Shown: positions 51,143 through 63,800, counted from the first letter of the stretch. The stretch is DNA of 64,000 nt from Macrostomum hystrix (GCA_950097015.1 CATNEN010000038.1:19592001-19656000), one strand, 5' to 3'. The notes: generated by a model from the sequence alone, not told the origin. Numbers and translations are program-made.

Positions 51143-52330
51143 AGATCTTCCATTCTCATCTCATCTTCCATTCTCATCTCATCTTCCATTCTCATCTCAT
51201 CTTCCATTCTCATCTCATCTTCCATTCTCATCTCATCTTCCATTCTCATCTCATCTTCCATTCTCATCTCATCTTCCATTCTCATCTCCTCTTCCATTCT
51301 CATCTCATTTCATTTTCCATTCTCATCTCATCTTCCATTCTCATCTCATCTTCAATTCTCATCTCATCTGATCTTCCATTCTGATCTCATCTTTCACTCT
51401 CATCGCATCTTCAATTCTCATTTCATCTTCCATTCTCATCGCATCTTCAATTCTCATCTCATCTTCCATTCTCATCTCATCTTCAATTCTCATCTCATCT
51501 GATCTTCCATTCTGATCTCATCTTTCACTCTCATCGCATCTTCAATTCTCATTTCATCTTCCATTCTCATCGCATCTTCAATTCTCATCTCATCTTCCAT
51601 TCTCATCTCATCCTCCATTCTCATCTCATCTCATCTTCCATTCTCATCTCATCTCATCTTCCATTCTCATCTCATCTTCCATTCTCATCTCCTCTTCCAT
51701 TCTCATCTCATTTCATTTTCCATTCTCATCTCATCTTCCATTCTCATCTCATCTTCAATTCTCATCTTATCTGATCTTCCATTCTGATCTCATCTTTCAC
51801 TCTCATCGCATCTTCAATTCTCATTTCATCTTCCATTCTCATCGCATCTTCAATTCTCATCTCATCTTCCATTCTCATCTCATCTTCAATTCTCATCTCA
51901 TCTGATCTTCCATTCTGATCTCATCTTTCACTCTCATCGCATCTTCAATTCTCATTTCATCTTCCATTCTCATCGCATCTTCAATTCTCATCTCATCTTC
52001 CATTCTCATCTCATCCTCCATTCTCATCTCATCTCATCTTCCATTCTCATCTCATCTCATCTTCCATTCTCATCTCATCTTCCATTCTCATCTCCTCTTC
52101 CATTCTCATCTCATTTCATTTTCCATTCTCATCTCATCTTCCATTCTCACCTCATCTTCCATTCTCATCTCATCTCCCATTCTCATTTCATCTTATCTTC
52201 CATTCTCATCTCATCTTCCATTCTCATCTCATATTCCATTCTCATCTTATCTCCCATTCTCATCTCATCTTCCATTCTCATCTTATCTTCCATTCTCGTC
52301 TCATCTTCCATTCTCATCTTATCTCCCATT
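51143..52330. repeat. 18-bp pyrimidine-rich minisatellite (tcatcttccattctcatc)n
   Basis: Direct periodicity. Confidence 0.93.
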
Positions 52331-53799
52331 CTCTTTCCATTTTCCGTTCTTCCTATCTTCTTCCTTTCCGCCCACTATCAGTTAACCTAGGCTTGGCTTC
52401 ACCATGCCTTCAAGCCAGCTTTTCCTATAATCCCTAATTCATACTCAATTTTTCCTGTCTCTCCAAACCTGCTTTCCCTCAAAGAACTGACCTTTAATCT
52501 TCTACATCTCTTTGGTCTGTCTTCTCATCCGAAGCATTTGCTATCAGCTTCCTGTACACGCACTTCAGCATTTTAATCTAATTTTCATTCTCAGTGACTT
52601 GGCTTCAATTTTCCCCCATCCATCATTCCGTTTGCTCCACCCCCCTTCGTCTCGTCCATCATTTATTTCGTTCCCATTGCTAGCATCGGCCAGACTTTCG
52701 CGTCGTTTCACCTGCGCACAAGAATGTTAGGGCCTATCTGCGCAGAAACTGACATATATTCATTCTCAAGACTGATTAATATTTCATTCCCCCAATGCCC
52801 CTATAAATTCATACACTTTAGCCGTTTTGATCGTGAGTTTGAAATCTATTCTGTGCTAAATTTTAAGCTAATTCCAAGCTTCTGAAACAAGAATCAAGTC
52901 ACCAGCTGTTCAGACCGTCGAGATATTCAATGGTTCTGGCCGAATGTCAGATTTTCCCCATAAGCGCTAGAGTATTTCATACACCCCTATACACAAATTA
53001 GCACTGCGCCTCAGTGCGGCCGTGTCAGGCCTTCAAAATTTATCAGCATGTCAGCCGAGTGTGCCTGCATCATCTCCGTCTTCGGTGGTCACCTACCTTT
53101 ATCTAGACGGATTTGCTGGACCTTCAAGGGCTGCAACAGGTGGAACTAGGCCACTGCGGACACCCTCCTGACGCGAATTTCTCCAATTTCACCGATCAAG
53201 CCAAACTATTAGGCGCAGCTCAACCTCAGTACACCATCGCCTAGTCTGTCAACCAATCAGTCACCACCCAAGGCTGTTAGCATTCAGGCACTGCCAAATA
53301 AATTTTCGGGGGGGGGTATAAAAACTGGCGGAAAATGGCCTGATAGTCCAACTGTCAAGACACATTTTTTATCTTAACTTAGAGATTCAAATCTCTTTGT
53401 TTACTTAAAAAAAAATGGTTTCTTTTTTTTAAAGAAATCTAAAGCCAAGATTGCAGGCCAGGAAATTCCGTTCTCCAGAGACTCGAAGAGGGAACTTCTT
53501 TGGCAATCTGTATTCATAGCTGGCTCTCTGCTCTCATGCTTTGAATTAATGTGAACTCCCAACCACTTCTTTGGGCGCTTGCTAAATACGCACCCAAATG
53601 CTGAAATCTGAGCAAATCCTTAAATGGACGGGTCACTCTAGTTGCTAAGTAGATTCTAAGGCATACCTTGTGTTTTCTAAAGCATCTCTTTGAGTACATA
53701 CTTGATAACATGTCGATAGGTTATAGCTCGGGCATATTTGAGAACCTGTCCTGTTCAGAGTCTTTGAGCTCAGATGCTTAACTAGCTCGTATATTTGAG

Positions 53800-55640
53800 C
53801 ACTAATTGCTCAACAATATTGGAGCACAGATTCCTCAACAATATTTGAGCACAGATTCCTCAACAATATTTGAGCACAGATTGCTCAACAATATTTGAGC
53901 ACAGATTGCTCAACAATATGTGAGCACAAATTGCTCAACAATATTTGAGCACAGATTGCTCAACAATATGTGAGCACAGATTGCTCAACAATATTTGAGC
54001 ACAGATTGCTCAACAATATCGGAGCACAGATTCCTCAACAATATTTGAGCACAGATTCCTCAACAATATTTGAGCACAAATTGCTCAACAATATTTGAGC
54101 TCAGATTGCTCTAAAATATTTGAGCACAGATTGCTCAACAATATCGGAGCACAGATTCCTCAACAATATTTGAGCACAGATTCCTCAACAATATTTGAGC
54201 ACAAATTGCTCAACAATATTTGAGCTCAGATTGCTCTAAAATATTTGAGCACAGATTGCTCAACAATATTTGAGCACAGATTGCTCAACAATATGTGAGC
54301 ACAAATTGCTCAACAATATTTGAGCACAGATTGCTCAACAATATTTGAGCACAGATTGCTCAACAATATGTGAGCACAAATTGCTCAACAATATTTGAGC
54401 ACAGATTGCTCAACAATATGTGAGCACCGATTGCTCAACAATATTTGAGCACAGATTGCTCAACAATATGTGAGCACAAATTGCTCAACAATATTTGAGC
54501 ACAGATTGCTCAACAATATGTGAGCACAAATTGCTCAACAATATTTGAGCTCAGATTTCTCAACAATATTTGAGCACAGATTGCTCAACAATATCGGAGC
54601 ACAGATTCCTCAACAATATTTGAGCACAGATTCCTCAACAATATTTGAGCACAAATTGCTCAACAATATTTGAGCTCAGATTGCTCTAAAATATTTGAGC
54701 ACAGATTGCTCAACAATATCGGAGCACAGATTCCTCAACAATATTTGAGCACAGATTCCTCAACAATATTTGAGCACAAATTGCTCAACAATATTTGAGC
54801 TCAGATTGCTCTAAAATATTTGAGCACAGATTGCTCAACAATATTTGAGCACAGATTGCTCAACAATATGTGAGCACAAATTGCTCAACAATATTTGAGC
54901 ACAGATTGCTCAACAATATTTGAGCACAGATTGCTCAACAATATGTGAGCACAAATTGCTCAACAATATTTGAGCACAGATTGCTCAACAATATGTGAGC
55001 ACCGATTGCTCAACAATATTTGAGCACAGATTGCTCAACAATATGTGAGCACAAATTGCTCAACAATATTTGAGCACAGATTGCTCAACAATATTTGAGC
55101 ACAAATTGCTCAACAATATTTGAGCTCAGATTTCTCAACAATATTTGAGCACAGATTGCTCAACAATATCGGAGCACAGATTCCTCAACAATATTTGAGC
55201 ACAGATTCCTCAACAATATTTGAGCACAAATTGCTCAACAATATTTGAGCTCAGATTGCTCTAAAATATTTGAGCACAGATTGCTCAACAATATTTGAGC
55301 ACAGATTGCTCAACAATATTTGAGCACAGATTGCTCAACAATATGTGAGCACAAATTGCTCAACAATATTTGAGCACAGATTGCTCAACAATATGTGAGC
55401 TCAGATTGCTCTAAAATATTTGAGCACAGATTGCTCAACAATATGTGAGCACAAATTGCTCAACAATATTTGAGCTCAGATTTCTCAACAATATGTGAGC
55501 ACAAATTGCTCAACAATATTTGAGCACAGATTCCCAACAATATTTGAGCACAAATTGCTCAACAATATTTGAGCACAGATTTCTCAACAATATTTGAGCA
55601 CAAATTGCTCAACATTACTTGAGCACACATTGCTCAATAT
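53800..55640. repeat. 25-bp palindromic minisatellite (tttgagcacagattgctcaacaata)n
   Basis: Direct periodicity; ttgagca-N5-tgctcaa dyad in each unit. Confidence 0.95.
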
Positions 55641-55804
55641 TCTAATAGTGCTTCTTCGCATCCAACTTGCACTTTCGACCACATACCGAAGACTAAGAAG
55701 CCGCTAAAGCACATTAAGACAGAAACTGAATGCAGAAAGTAAAGATATATTATGCGGTTTCCCTACTAAGTCTTTCAATTTTAATTTAGCCCCAAGCCTC
55801 TCAC

Positions 55805-56186
55805 CTGGCTCAACGTGCACCCCGGCGTTCTCAATGCCCGGATAAAGATTGGCCTCGTGTAGCAACAGGCGCAATCCGTAGGCCTGGTCGAATACGTCCA
55901 TAACAAAGGCTTGTTCCCAATGCTGCTGCCGCTTATCAGCGCCCAAATTGAGGATCAAGTAGACTGCTGACATTGCGCGGGATTTAGCCACCTGTACTGG
56001 CTTCACCGTGTAGCAATTGAAGTACTTCGGATGCGACACCAGCTGGAAGGTGAGCTGGCATTCGCGAGCCTTGCCAACCATCACATAGTTACCGATGGCG
56101 ATCATGCAGTGCAGTAGAAATTCCTCCACACTGCGACCCATGGATATGGTGACATTCGGGTCCAGATTCTGGTAGAAGGTGTTCAC
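55805..56186 (-). CDS. DEG/ENaC exon 2
   Basis: gcAG acceptor; HPKYFNCYT, GLRLLLHE...P...GVHVEPG motifs; GTgaga donor. Confidence 0.9.
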
Positions 56187-56289
56187 CTGCATTGTGGCAT
56201 GCGGCATGCGAGAAGCATGGAATGCCTCACAAAATAATGAAATCCCGCAAGTAATTCCCGAAAAGCCTAGTGGTTGCAGGGGGTTGTAG

Positions 56290-56720
56290 CGAGGTCCCTT
56301 AGCTCGATTCCGCGGCGAGGCCACATTCATTTGGGGCGCAGCCGCGGAGAGAAGGCTTGGGGGCTTGTCGTGGATTTTACGCCCTTGAGGGCCAACCTCC
56401 AAGGCACAGTGAGAGTGTACACTGCCTGACGATGAGAAAGTCAGAGCAGATGTACACACCTGTGTGAGAGTGTGCCTGCGTACAGTATCTGTGTGCGTGT
56501 GTGCTCAGGAGTCAGCGAAATTATTATTATTAATAATACTAATACGAGTACTATTGTTATTACGGACTGTATCCACGTGGTGGTTGAATCAGAACTTAAA
56601 GGTCGGGGGTTCGATTACCGACTTCACTAGTGGAATAATTTCGCTATTTCAGCAATTTATGGGTACCAGCATCAGCTGGGGTAATTGAATGTGTTTGTGA
56701 CGCCCCCCCAGTCCATGGAC
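56290..56720 (+). mobile_element. SINE-A (56290-56530) followed by degenerate SINE-B (56575-56720)
   Basis: Similarity to both families. Confidence 0.8.
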
Positions 56721-57077
56721 ATTTTTACCCAACTGGGTTAAAGTGTAATTTTTTTTGTTCCTTGCACGCGTTGTTTTGTTTAAATATGCGAACTATAACT
56801 CCGGAATAGTATTTTCTAAGCAAATGCAGTGTGTACCCCCACTGTTCACAGTGAAGAGGTCACTGGCGAGTGTCTTATTTCTTATTCATGGCTCCAGATT
56901 GAAGAAATAAGAGAGACTTCAAATGCATGCTTTTACGAGACATCTTTTGAGGCAGTTCCAGCTGGTAAAATTTCAACTGTGTGGAAGCTAAATTGAAAAA
57001 AAAAGATTGCTGATTTTCAACAGAAAAAGGACTACGTTTTTCCCCCAGGGAATGACTTTAGGGTGCCATTTCAAATA

Positions 57078-57687
57078 TACTCAGCAACAGCTAACCCCCC
57101 CCCCAACTCACGCTGTCACACGGGCACAAAAGTTAAGCAATGTCTTTAATTCTAGTCTCAGTATCGTGTGTAGGAACCACGAGCATTCAAAAGTGCCGTG
57201 ACTCGTCGTGGCATCCTGATCACCAGCCGGTTGATGAACTCTTGGGGCAGCTGCTGCCAGGCATTCAGCACCGCCAGTCGCAACTGTTCAGCATTCTGTG
57301 GGGCATCCTGCTGAACTCTTCGCTTTACAAAGTCCCAGACATGCTCGATGGGGTTCATGTCTGGAGACTTTGACGCCAGTTCAATGTGCGAATGCCGAGC
57401 TGCTCCTTCAGCAGCTGCACGTGTGCTGCTCGATTTGGCGCAGCGTTGTCGTCTTGAAGCATGCAGTTCTGCGGGCCGCCAAAGGTTGTCGTAGCAAATG
57501 GCAGACCATTGCGCAATGCAGCCACCAGTGGGTTGAGTTGCGCCACCCCCTCCCCAAATCCCCCATGCCGCACTTTGCGCTCGCGTCTGGCGGCGGCAGC
57601 CTTCACACATTTCTGAGTCACCGATGGCATACAAAACTTTTGGGCCGTGTGACTGCGTGAGTTGGGGGGGTTAGCTGTTGCTGAGTA
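57078..57687 (-). mobile_element. Internally deleted Tc1 (DD34E) element inserted in a family D repeat
   Basis: ~55-bp TIRs tactcagcaacagctaacccc...; TA flanks; LQDDNA...W/SPDMNPIEHVW transposase motifs with a frameshift. Confidence 0.92.
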
Positions 57688-57952
57688 TACACACTGCCTA
57701 CTTCAAGATAGCTCCCGAACCGAATGACCGATGTTCGTGAGAGTCTACCATATGGATCAACATTTTCCGTCCTTTACGATGAATTAATTTTCAAAGCCGT
57801 GCGAGTCAGCATCGTTGAGATAATGAGCGATTCTAGTCGAAGACCCCGGTGACAAGGACAGCTAACATCGCTTTGTACGAGCTATAAACCTTTTAAGATG
57901 AATTGGTTCATTGGTTCAATAATCTAAGTGATATTTCGTAGGGATTTTTACA

Positions 57953-58137
57953 GCATCCCAGGCACAAAGGCCCGCTTCATCGCCGTCTGGAGCATCGGCG
58001 GCAACCGTCGGGACCTTCAAAAAAAGCACCCGATCGGCATCTCAGAGACGACTGGTTTTGTTGCCGTCTAGTGGAACACCGACGGTCGCCACCGATGCTC
58101 CAGACAGCGATGAAGCTGGCCCTGGTGGCTGGGATGC
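57953..58137. repeat. ~185-bp foldback (MITE-like) with ~58-bp arms
   Basis: gcatcccag...cttcatcgccgtctggagcatcgg...ccgtcgg versus ccgacgg...ccgatgctccagacagcgatgaag...ctgggatgc. Confidence 0.8.
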
Positions 58138-58595
58138 AGAGAAAAAAGGTCCCAGTTTTTTGTGGAGGTGACTGGTTCCATGGTGGAATTTTGTGAGCAG
58201 AAAAATCATGCCTATATAGGTGGCTTTTTCAACGAGACACCCCGACGAGAATGATTGAATATCTCAGCGATGCCTATGTATTGTGATTCTGGAAGTTCTT
58301 TCAAATATAATCAAATAGAGTGGAAAATATCAGGCCGTGTTCTGTATTTTCATGGATTGAATATTTTGGGTGATAGAAAAAGTAAAATGAGGGTTTTGAA
58401 AGTACCCCCGAGGTATTTTTACTGTTTAGCGACACTTACTATGGTTAGTAACCGAGTAAAAACCGAGTAGTAACCGAGTAGTAGTAACCGAGTAATAACC
58501 GAGTTCTATACTTAGGGCCAACCCACAAGACAGTGAAATTGTGTACTCAGCGATCAGCGTATCAGGGTCGGCGATATCGCCAACTGATGCCTTAC

Positions 58596-59105
58596 CTTAT
58601 CGTAGAACAGAAGCGTGTTAGCCAGGCGCATATTGCCACTGAACAGCAACTTGAGGGTGAGTTGGCGTAGGCGTCGATTAAAGTTTGCCGGCGACAGCCG
58701 ACTGGACTGCTGCTCCCACAGGGCAGACGCCCTAGGCGAGAATGGATAATGACCGCAGATTGTGATGGCCGGGAATTCGCTAGGATCGTTAGCGACTACC
58801 GAAGTTTGAACGGACACGTCGTACTCGCGATAGTTCATCAGCACCCGAGTTGACGAGTAAACCAGCAGTACGAACATGGTCAGAACGAATACTAGCCAGA
58901 GAACGCGCAGGAAGACCGTATCGGCGCGGCAGATTTTTGGCACTCCGCGCAGACTGCTGTTGCTGCAGAACAGCTGGCGAATAGTGACAGAGCTGGAGGC
59001 AGCCGGTTGCGCCAGAATAGGCGACTGTTGTTGGTGCTGCAAATCCGCAGTCAAACCGATCAGCTCCGGGCCATTATTTTTAGTGTCAGATGAAATAGAA
59101 AGCAT
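58596..59105 (-). CDS. DEG/ENaC exon 1 (N-terminus, TM1); joined protein ~596 aa
   Basis: FCSNSSLRG, RVLWLVFVL TM1, EFPAITIC motif; GTaagg donor. Confidence 0.9.
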
Positions 59106-59596
59106 TTTTTACGGAATCGATAAAGCCTAGATTGAGTCTAGATTTCTGAGTAGATTCGCTGTAGCACATATCTGCAATATCCATTGATTATATAAATTTA
59201 TCCCTAGCCAATCAAATTGAAGCTCGATTTCAAATGGCGATGTTATTTGGACCAATAGAAGATTGCCTGAATGGAGAGTCCGTGTTCGACCACTCAAACT
59301 TCTGGTCCAGCTGATCATTCTTGTACCCGTTTTGCAGCTGGGTGAACTGAAACACTATGGGAAATTTAGTGCATGCCTTGCTGCAAGGCACTAAATTCTC
59401 CCTTTGTGCTGAGAAATGAATTCTATAGAAAAAATCGGTCTAAGAAGAATTTGCCCTTAAAATTCTAGGCTAAAAGCTGCTAAATAATCAGTTTCTTAAC
59501 ACAGCACAAGCGTTATAAAGAATGAATGCTAATTTGCTATCAACGATGTACTTTTAAGTGTTCGTCCCAAATTGACCCAGTTTTAGCACAGGACAC

Positions 59597-60548
59597 GACC
59601 AATTTCATGAGCAACTGGTAACTGGTAAATAACCGCAGCTACTTAAAGTTTGGTTTCATGGCGAACTTTAGCAGCTGCTAACTATTAGCAGTCTGGTAAA
59701 CTGTGGTTTCACGAATTGGCTGGTAAAACTGAGGCTGCTGTTTTGATTTAGAACGTCTATGTCTATGGCTCAAAGTAGGGTGTTCTCGGGGGCTGGTAAC
59801 GGCTGGTTTCAGGAGCATACCAGCGCTGCTAAAATAACCACATTTTCCACGGTTAAAACTTAGCATCCTACTTAACTAGGTGGCTAAGAAATGGAGCTGC
59901 CTATATACGACGCCCTTAATTTGCTCGAAGAGGAACCCGGGCAGCGTCCAAGGGAATTTTGAGAGCGCGTGAACTTCATCGACGACTGGGATTTTTAGAC
60001 AGCGCTTTAGAATGTTGCCACCTACCAACTCTTCTTTTTCCGTTATTTTCCGTCATTGTTGCCATCCGAATGTTTTTCCACATTGTGTCGCGCAAATATG
60101 CAGCTGGCTTGCACAACCCATTTGCCTCCATCGTGGTTTGGATTTCCTCCCAAGCGTGTCGCTTTTTCGATTTGGCTTCTGCGTTATCCGCAAAACTACC
60201 GAACAAAACGGCCTTTTTGTCTCTCATGAGAGACAGAAAGAGGAGCTTTTGCTCCGGTGTGGACATGGTTAAAATCTTTTCAGTTTTGACTTCTAAGCTA
60301 GCGAGACTAGAGCCAATTATATACTACCCGCTCCTTCTATTTCTCCTTCTCCAACTCAGCTTCTTCTTCTGCTGCAAAGCGAATGTCTATGACACGAATT
60401 CAATGCTAGGGGGAATAGCAGTACTGATATTTACCAGCAGATATTTACCAGTTGCTTTATGAAACCAGTTTTTAGCAGACTGCTGAATATCCACAGTTAT
60501 TTTAGCTGCTGCTAACTGCTAATTTACCAGTTGCTCATGAAATCGGTC
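59597..60548. mobile_element. Internally deleted PIF/Harbinger element
   Basis: 25-bp TIRs gaccRatttcatgagcaactggtaa; minus-strand Myb/SANT-like ORF 59976-60266 (...KKRHAWEEI...LRDTMWKNIR); convergent stop-interrupted stub at 59891 (MELPIY...RPREF*ER) resembling a transposase N-terminus. Confidence 0.8.
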
Positions 60549-60550
60549 CT

Positions 60551-60628
60551 ACGCCTACGCCAACTCACCCTCAAAAGTTGCTGTTCAGTGGCAAAATGCG
60601 CCTGGCTAACACGCTTCTGTTCTACGAT
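60551..60628 (+). pseudogene. Inverted near-identical copy of the 3' end of DEG/ENaC exon 1 (58599-58674)
   Basis: Direct comparison: one substitution and one 2-nt insertion. Confidence 0.92.
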
Positions 60629-61878
60629 CATGATGTGAATGCTAGATTTGCATTGTGATTTTCGAACGTCAAAATCCACGCCTGTTCGTATAAGAAATGG
60701 TTAAAATCATATTCTAGCTATTTTTGAATGGTTCCTTGACATTGTGAAGTGTACTCACCAGTAAACAGATTTTTCAATCAACGATCAAGACTCCGGTCCA
60801 TAATTGTATGAAAAGTGCTACATTACATTTTATAATGACTTGTTTATGGGATGTAATAACATGCACAAGAGGTTTTGCAAAGTGTCCATCGATAAGCCAA
60901 TATCATTGCGTCAGGAATTTATTTCAAATAAACTGAGTCTCTTGTATGCTTCGATGCCCATATATACACTGTACGTCTATTTCTGCTTGACTTCCTTTAG
61001 TATCTTTGCTGTTTTAGCTTACAGCAGTCTATTAGAGGAATGCTTAATAAACATTTCACATTAAACGAAAATTACGCGACAGATTATTAACCTCATGCAA
61101 GTCGGACTCGCTGACGAGACATTTTTAACGGACGAGAGCGTGTCTCAACAACCTTATGAAAGTATAGTGTTTATAAATAAATGGACACTTCAAGATTATT
61201 GACAAATGACAGCAAATGCTGTAAATGTTTAAATTTAAATTAAAGTATTTGTCCCTTTAGCGACAAGAGCATGGACGGAAAAAAGTCACGGTATAACTTC
61301 TTCAACTTCTTCGATTAAGTTCTTTATGGAAGGAAATGTAACGATGTTAGTATTGAGCTGCTTCTAGAAAACTTACCAAAGTATGCTCACAGGTATCTAG
61401 CTCTGGAGTGCTCTAGTAGGCAATTTTAAATTACGGCCGATTCCTATCACTTAAAACGTCCTGGTGTTATAACTTTTTTTAATTTGCCCAAAAACTAGTC
61501 TTTTAGTTTACTTTAAGTATGAGTCTACTCCACCTCTGAGATATAGTCAACTATAGTAGCTAGTTAATTGTGAATACTGGTCGTTGGCTATAGCTTAATT
61601 GTAGGTTAGCTGCAGGCCATAGTACCACGAATAAATTTAATCCACAAATTTGTCACTCTATTTGCTTCTTGTGTAGTGTCGGCATGTTTATTCTATAATG
61701 CGTATATTTCTACTTGAAGTAACTTATTCGCGCACGTCAATATTAATGAATTATTATAATGTATGTTATAGGTTTGTTGTTTGTACATGCGCGCCCCAGC
61801 CAGGCCTACAAACGCGACCGGTCGGTCACCCTGCTCTACAGCCAAGGCATCGGACTAACCCCGGTTTGGTGGGCCCAG

Positions 61879-62052
61879 CCAATAGGAGGGCGGCTAGCCA
61901 ATCTGATGCGAACCGACTTAAGCGTGACACCCCGGGCCGGGCCAATCAGCAGCCAGTTCGTTTAACCGGCAGGGTCGACCTGGCAGAAGAACAAGCGGCG
62001 CGGCCGGCACCCAGGCTTTGATGGGGGCTGGGGCGGGCGTTCGACTATATAA
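61879..62052 (+). promoter_or_regulatory. Candidate Pol II promoter: three CCAAT boxes, GC box, TATA
   Basis: CCAAT 61879, 61898, 61942; GGGGCGGG 62030; TATATAA 62046, within a CpG-rich island. Confidence 0.6.
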
Positions 62053-63800
62053 CTGACTATTGCGTTGTCGTTTTGTTTCTATGGCGTTGTTTTGCGTCGT
62101 GTCTTTTCGTGTTGTGTCGTCGTGTCGTTTCGTTCCAATCGTTCTTTTCCGCGTTGTTACGCATCCTAGTAATAGATACCGGGACAGGTAAACCGGTCCA
62201 ACTAGCTAGTCGAAGAAAACCCCACACTCAATCCCACGTCAGTAAGTAGTTTGCGCTGAGTTCGGCACGTCTGGCCAACTGCTGACGGAGTGTTAGACAG
62301 GGATTGGCAAGCACGGAAGTACTCTCCATATCGCCGACAATCATCGGTTGGACGCCGTCGAATCGACATTTGGTGTGGCACGATAGAACTATCGTTGTGC
62401 CATAGTGCGGAAGTGCTTGCTGGTCGCCTCGGTTTCAGACTAGGGACTTTGGGTTAGGTTTCGTGTTATTTGTCTTGTTTTGTAAATACATGTATAGGGA
62501 TTATCTCTGTTTTGTCTCGGAGTTATTTGTGTTAATTGTCGTGTTATTTCGTGAGTTATTGTTATTGTCCAGAGCATTAGAGTAGAGTTCGCGTGTTGTT
62601 CTTATGTTGAGATTATCGAGATTTTACTTTGGTAAAATACCAGTGCGAATTGTGAATTGAATATTGAATTAAGTACAGTACCTGGCAGGGAACGGAAAGA
62701 GTGCTGCCAGGGGAATTAATCATTCATAGCTTCTCTTATAAACGAATTAACACTTAAATATCAGCTGTTTAGCTTGGACTTTTGAATCGTCTTGTCTTCG
62801 TTATTTTCAAGTTACGGCAATAGAATCTCTTGCAAAAGAGTAGGACACCCGACCTCATTTAGGAATCTCAACGCAAAGAAGAGAGACCTAAGTCAAAATA
62901 TCACACTTGTATGCATCCATATCTCAATTGCGTATCAGTTTTTTATATCCCTATGTAAGTAATTCAATTAACAGTTTAATTATTTCGGTAGCCGTTAATA
63001 TTTTAACAGACAACCGACGCCTGCAGGGCTGATGCGGCGTATAGCAGTTGAAGAGGCGATCATGTCCTTTATTGTAATATTTACCAATGTCAAAGGCGCA
63101 TGTGTAATAAAATGAATGTCCTAGCTGGAGCGTGAGGAATTTAAAGCTAGCGACTATTCACTATTCACCGGGGTGGTGTCCTACCAATCGTTTCAATAGC
63201 AGCAGGGAATCTGGAATTAAATAGCGTTAGAGACTGCGGTAGCGAGCGAAGCGGAATAGATAAGCGATGAGACCCGAGTGTCCCTCCGGCCCGGCGAAAC
63301 TCCCAATGAAAAAGAATAACACGGTATGAACGCGAAGACTCGAATAATTTGATTAGGAGTGAGTTAATCGGCTGTGACTAAGATTCCAGATACGAATAGG
63401 AATTACTATGAATATCGTTTACTTGACTTAAAAGTTATACTGACAGAATAGATGTTCACACGGAAATAAATTATAGCGCGCTCACAGTGAGAAGCAAGTC
63501 TGGTCTAACAATTTGGATATAACAATTTTACTTAACTGGCCTACATCCGCGCCCTACTCTTCCCGAGAGGCTCCGGTTGTCTCTGCTTTCAGCGCTGCCC
63601 CGACAGATCCTATCGGTTGGCACTCCTTCTGCCTGACGGCGGAGTCTCCGAAGAGAGCACGTACTGACTTCGACAACAAGCGCCTATCTAGAGTCTAGAC
63701 CACCCTTGTCAGCGGCGCACTCTCAAGACGCGTAGCGCCGAAAGCTACCTAACTGAACAAGCGGAGTGTGGTCGGGCGGGATGGACAAAACAAGTGTTAG

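Noticed and set aside
53514-53711. FQHLGAYL resembling a LINE reverse-transcriptase FxYLG motif
   Set aside because: Single short motif with no other RT motifs recognisable.
53800-55640. CRISPR-like palindromic repeats (also 27170-27635)
   Set aside because: Units are head-to-tail with no unique spacers; eukaryotic context; no cas genes.
59976-60266. Stand-alone Myb/SANT host gene
   Set aside because: Lies between TIRs with a transposase stub; treated as a Harbinger remnant.
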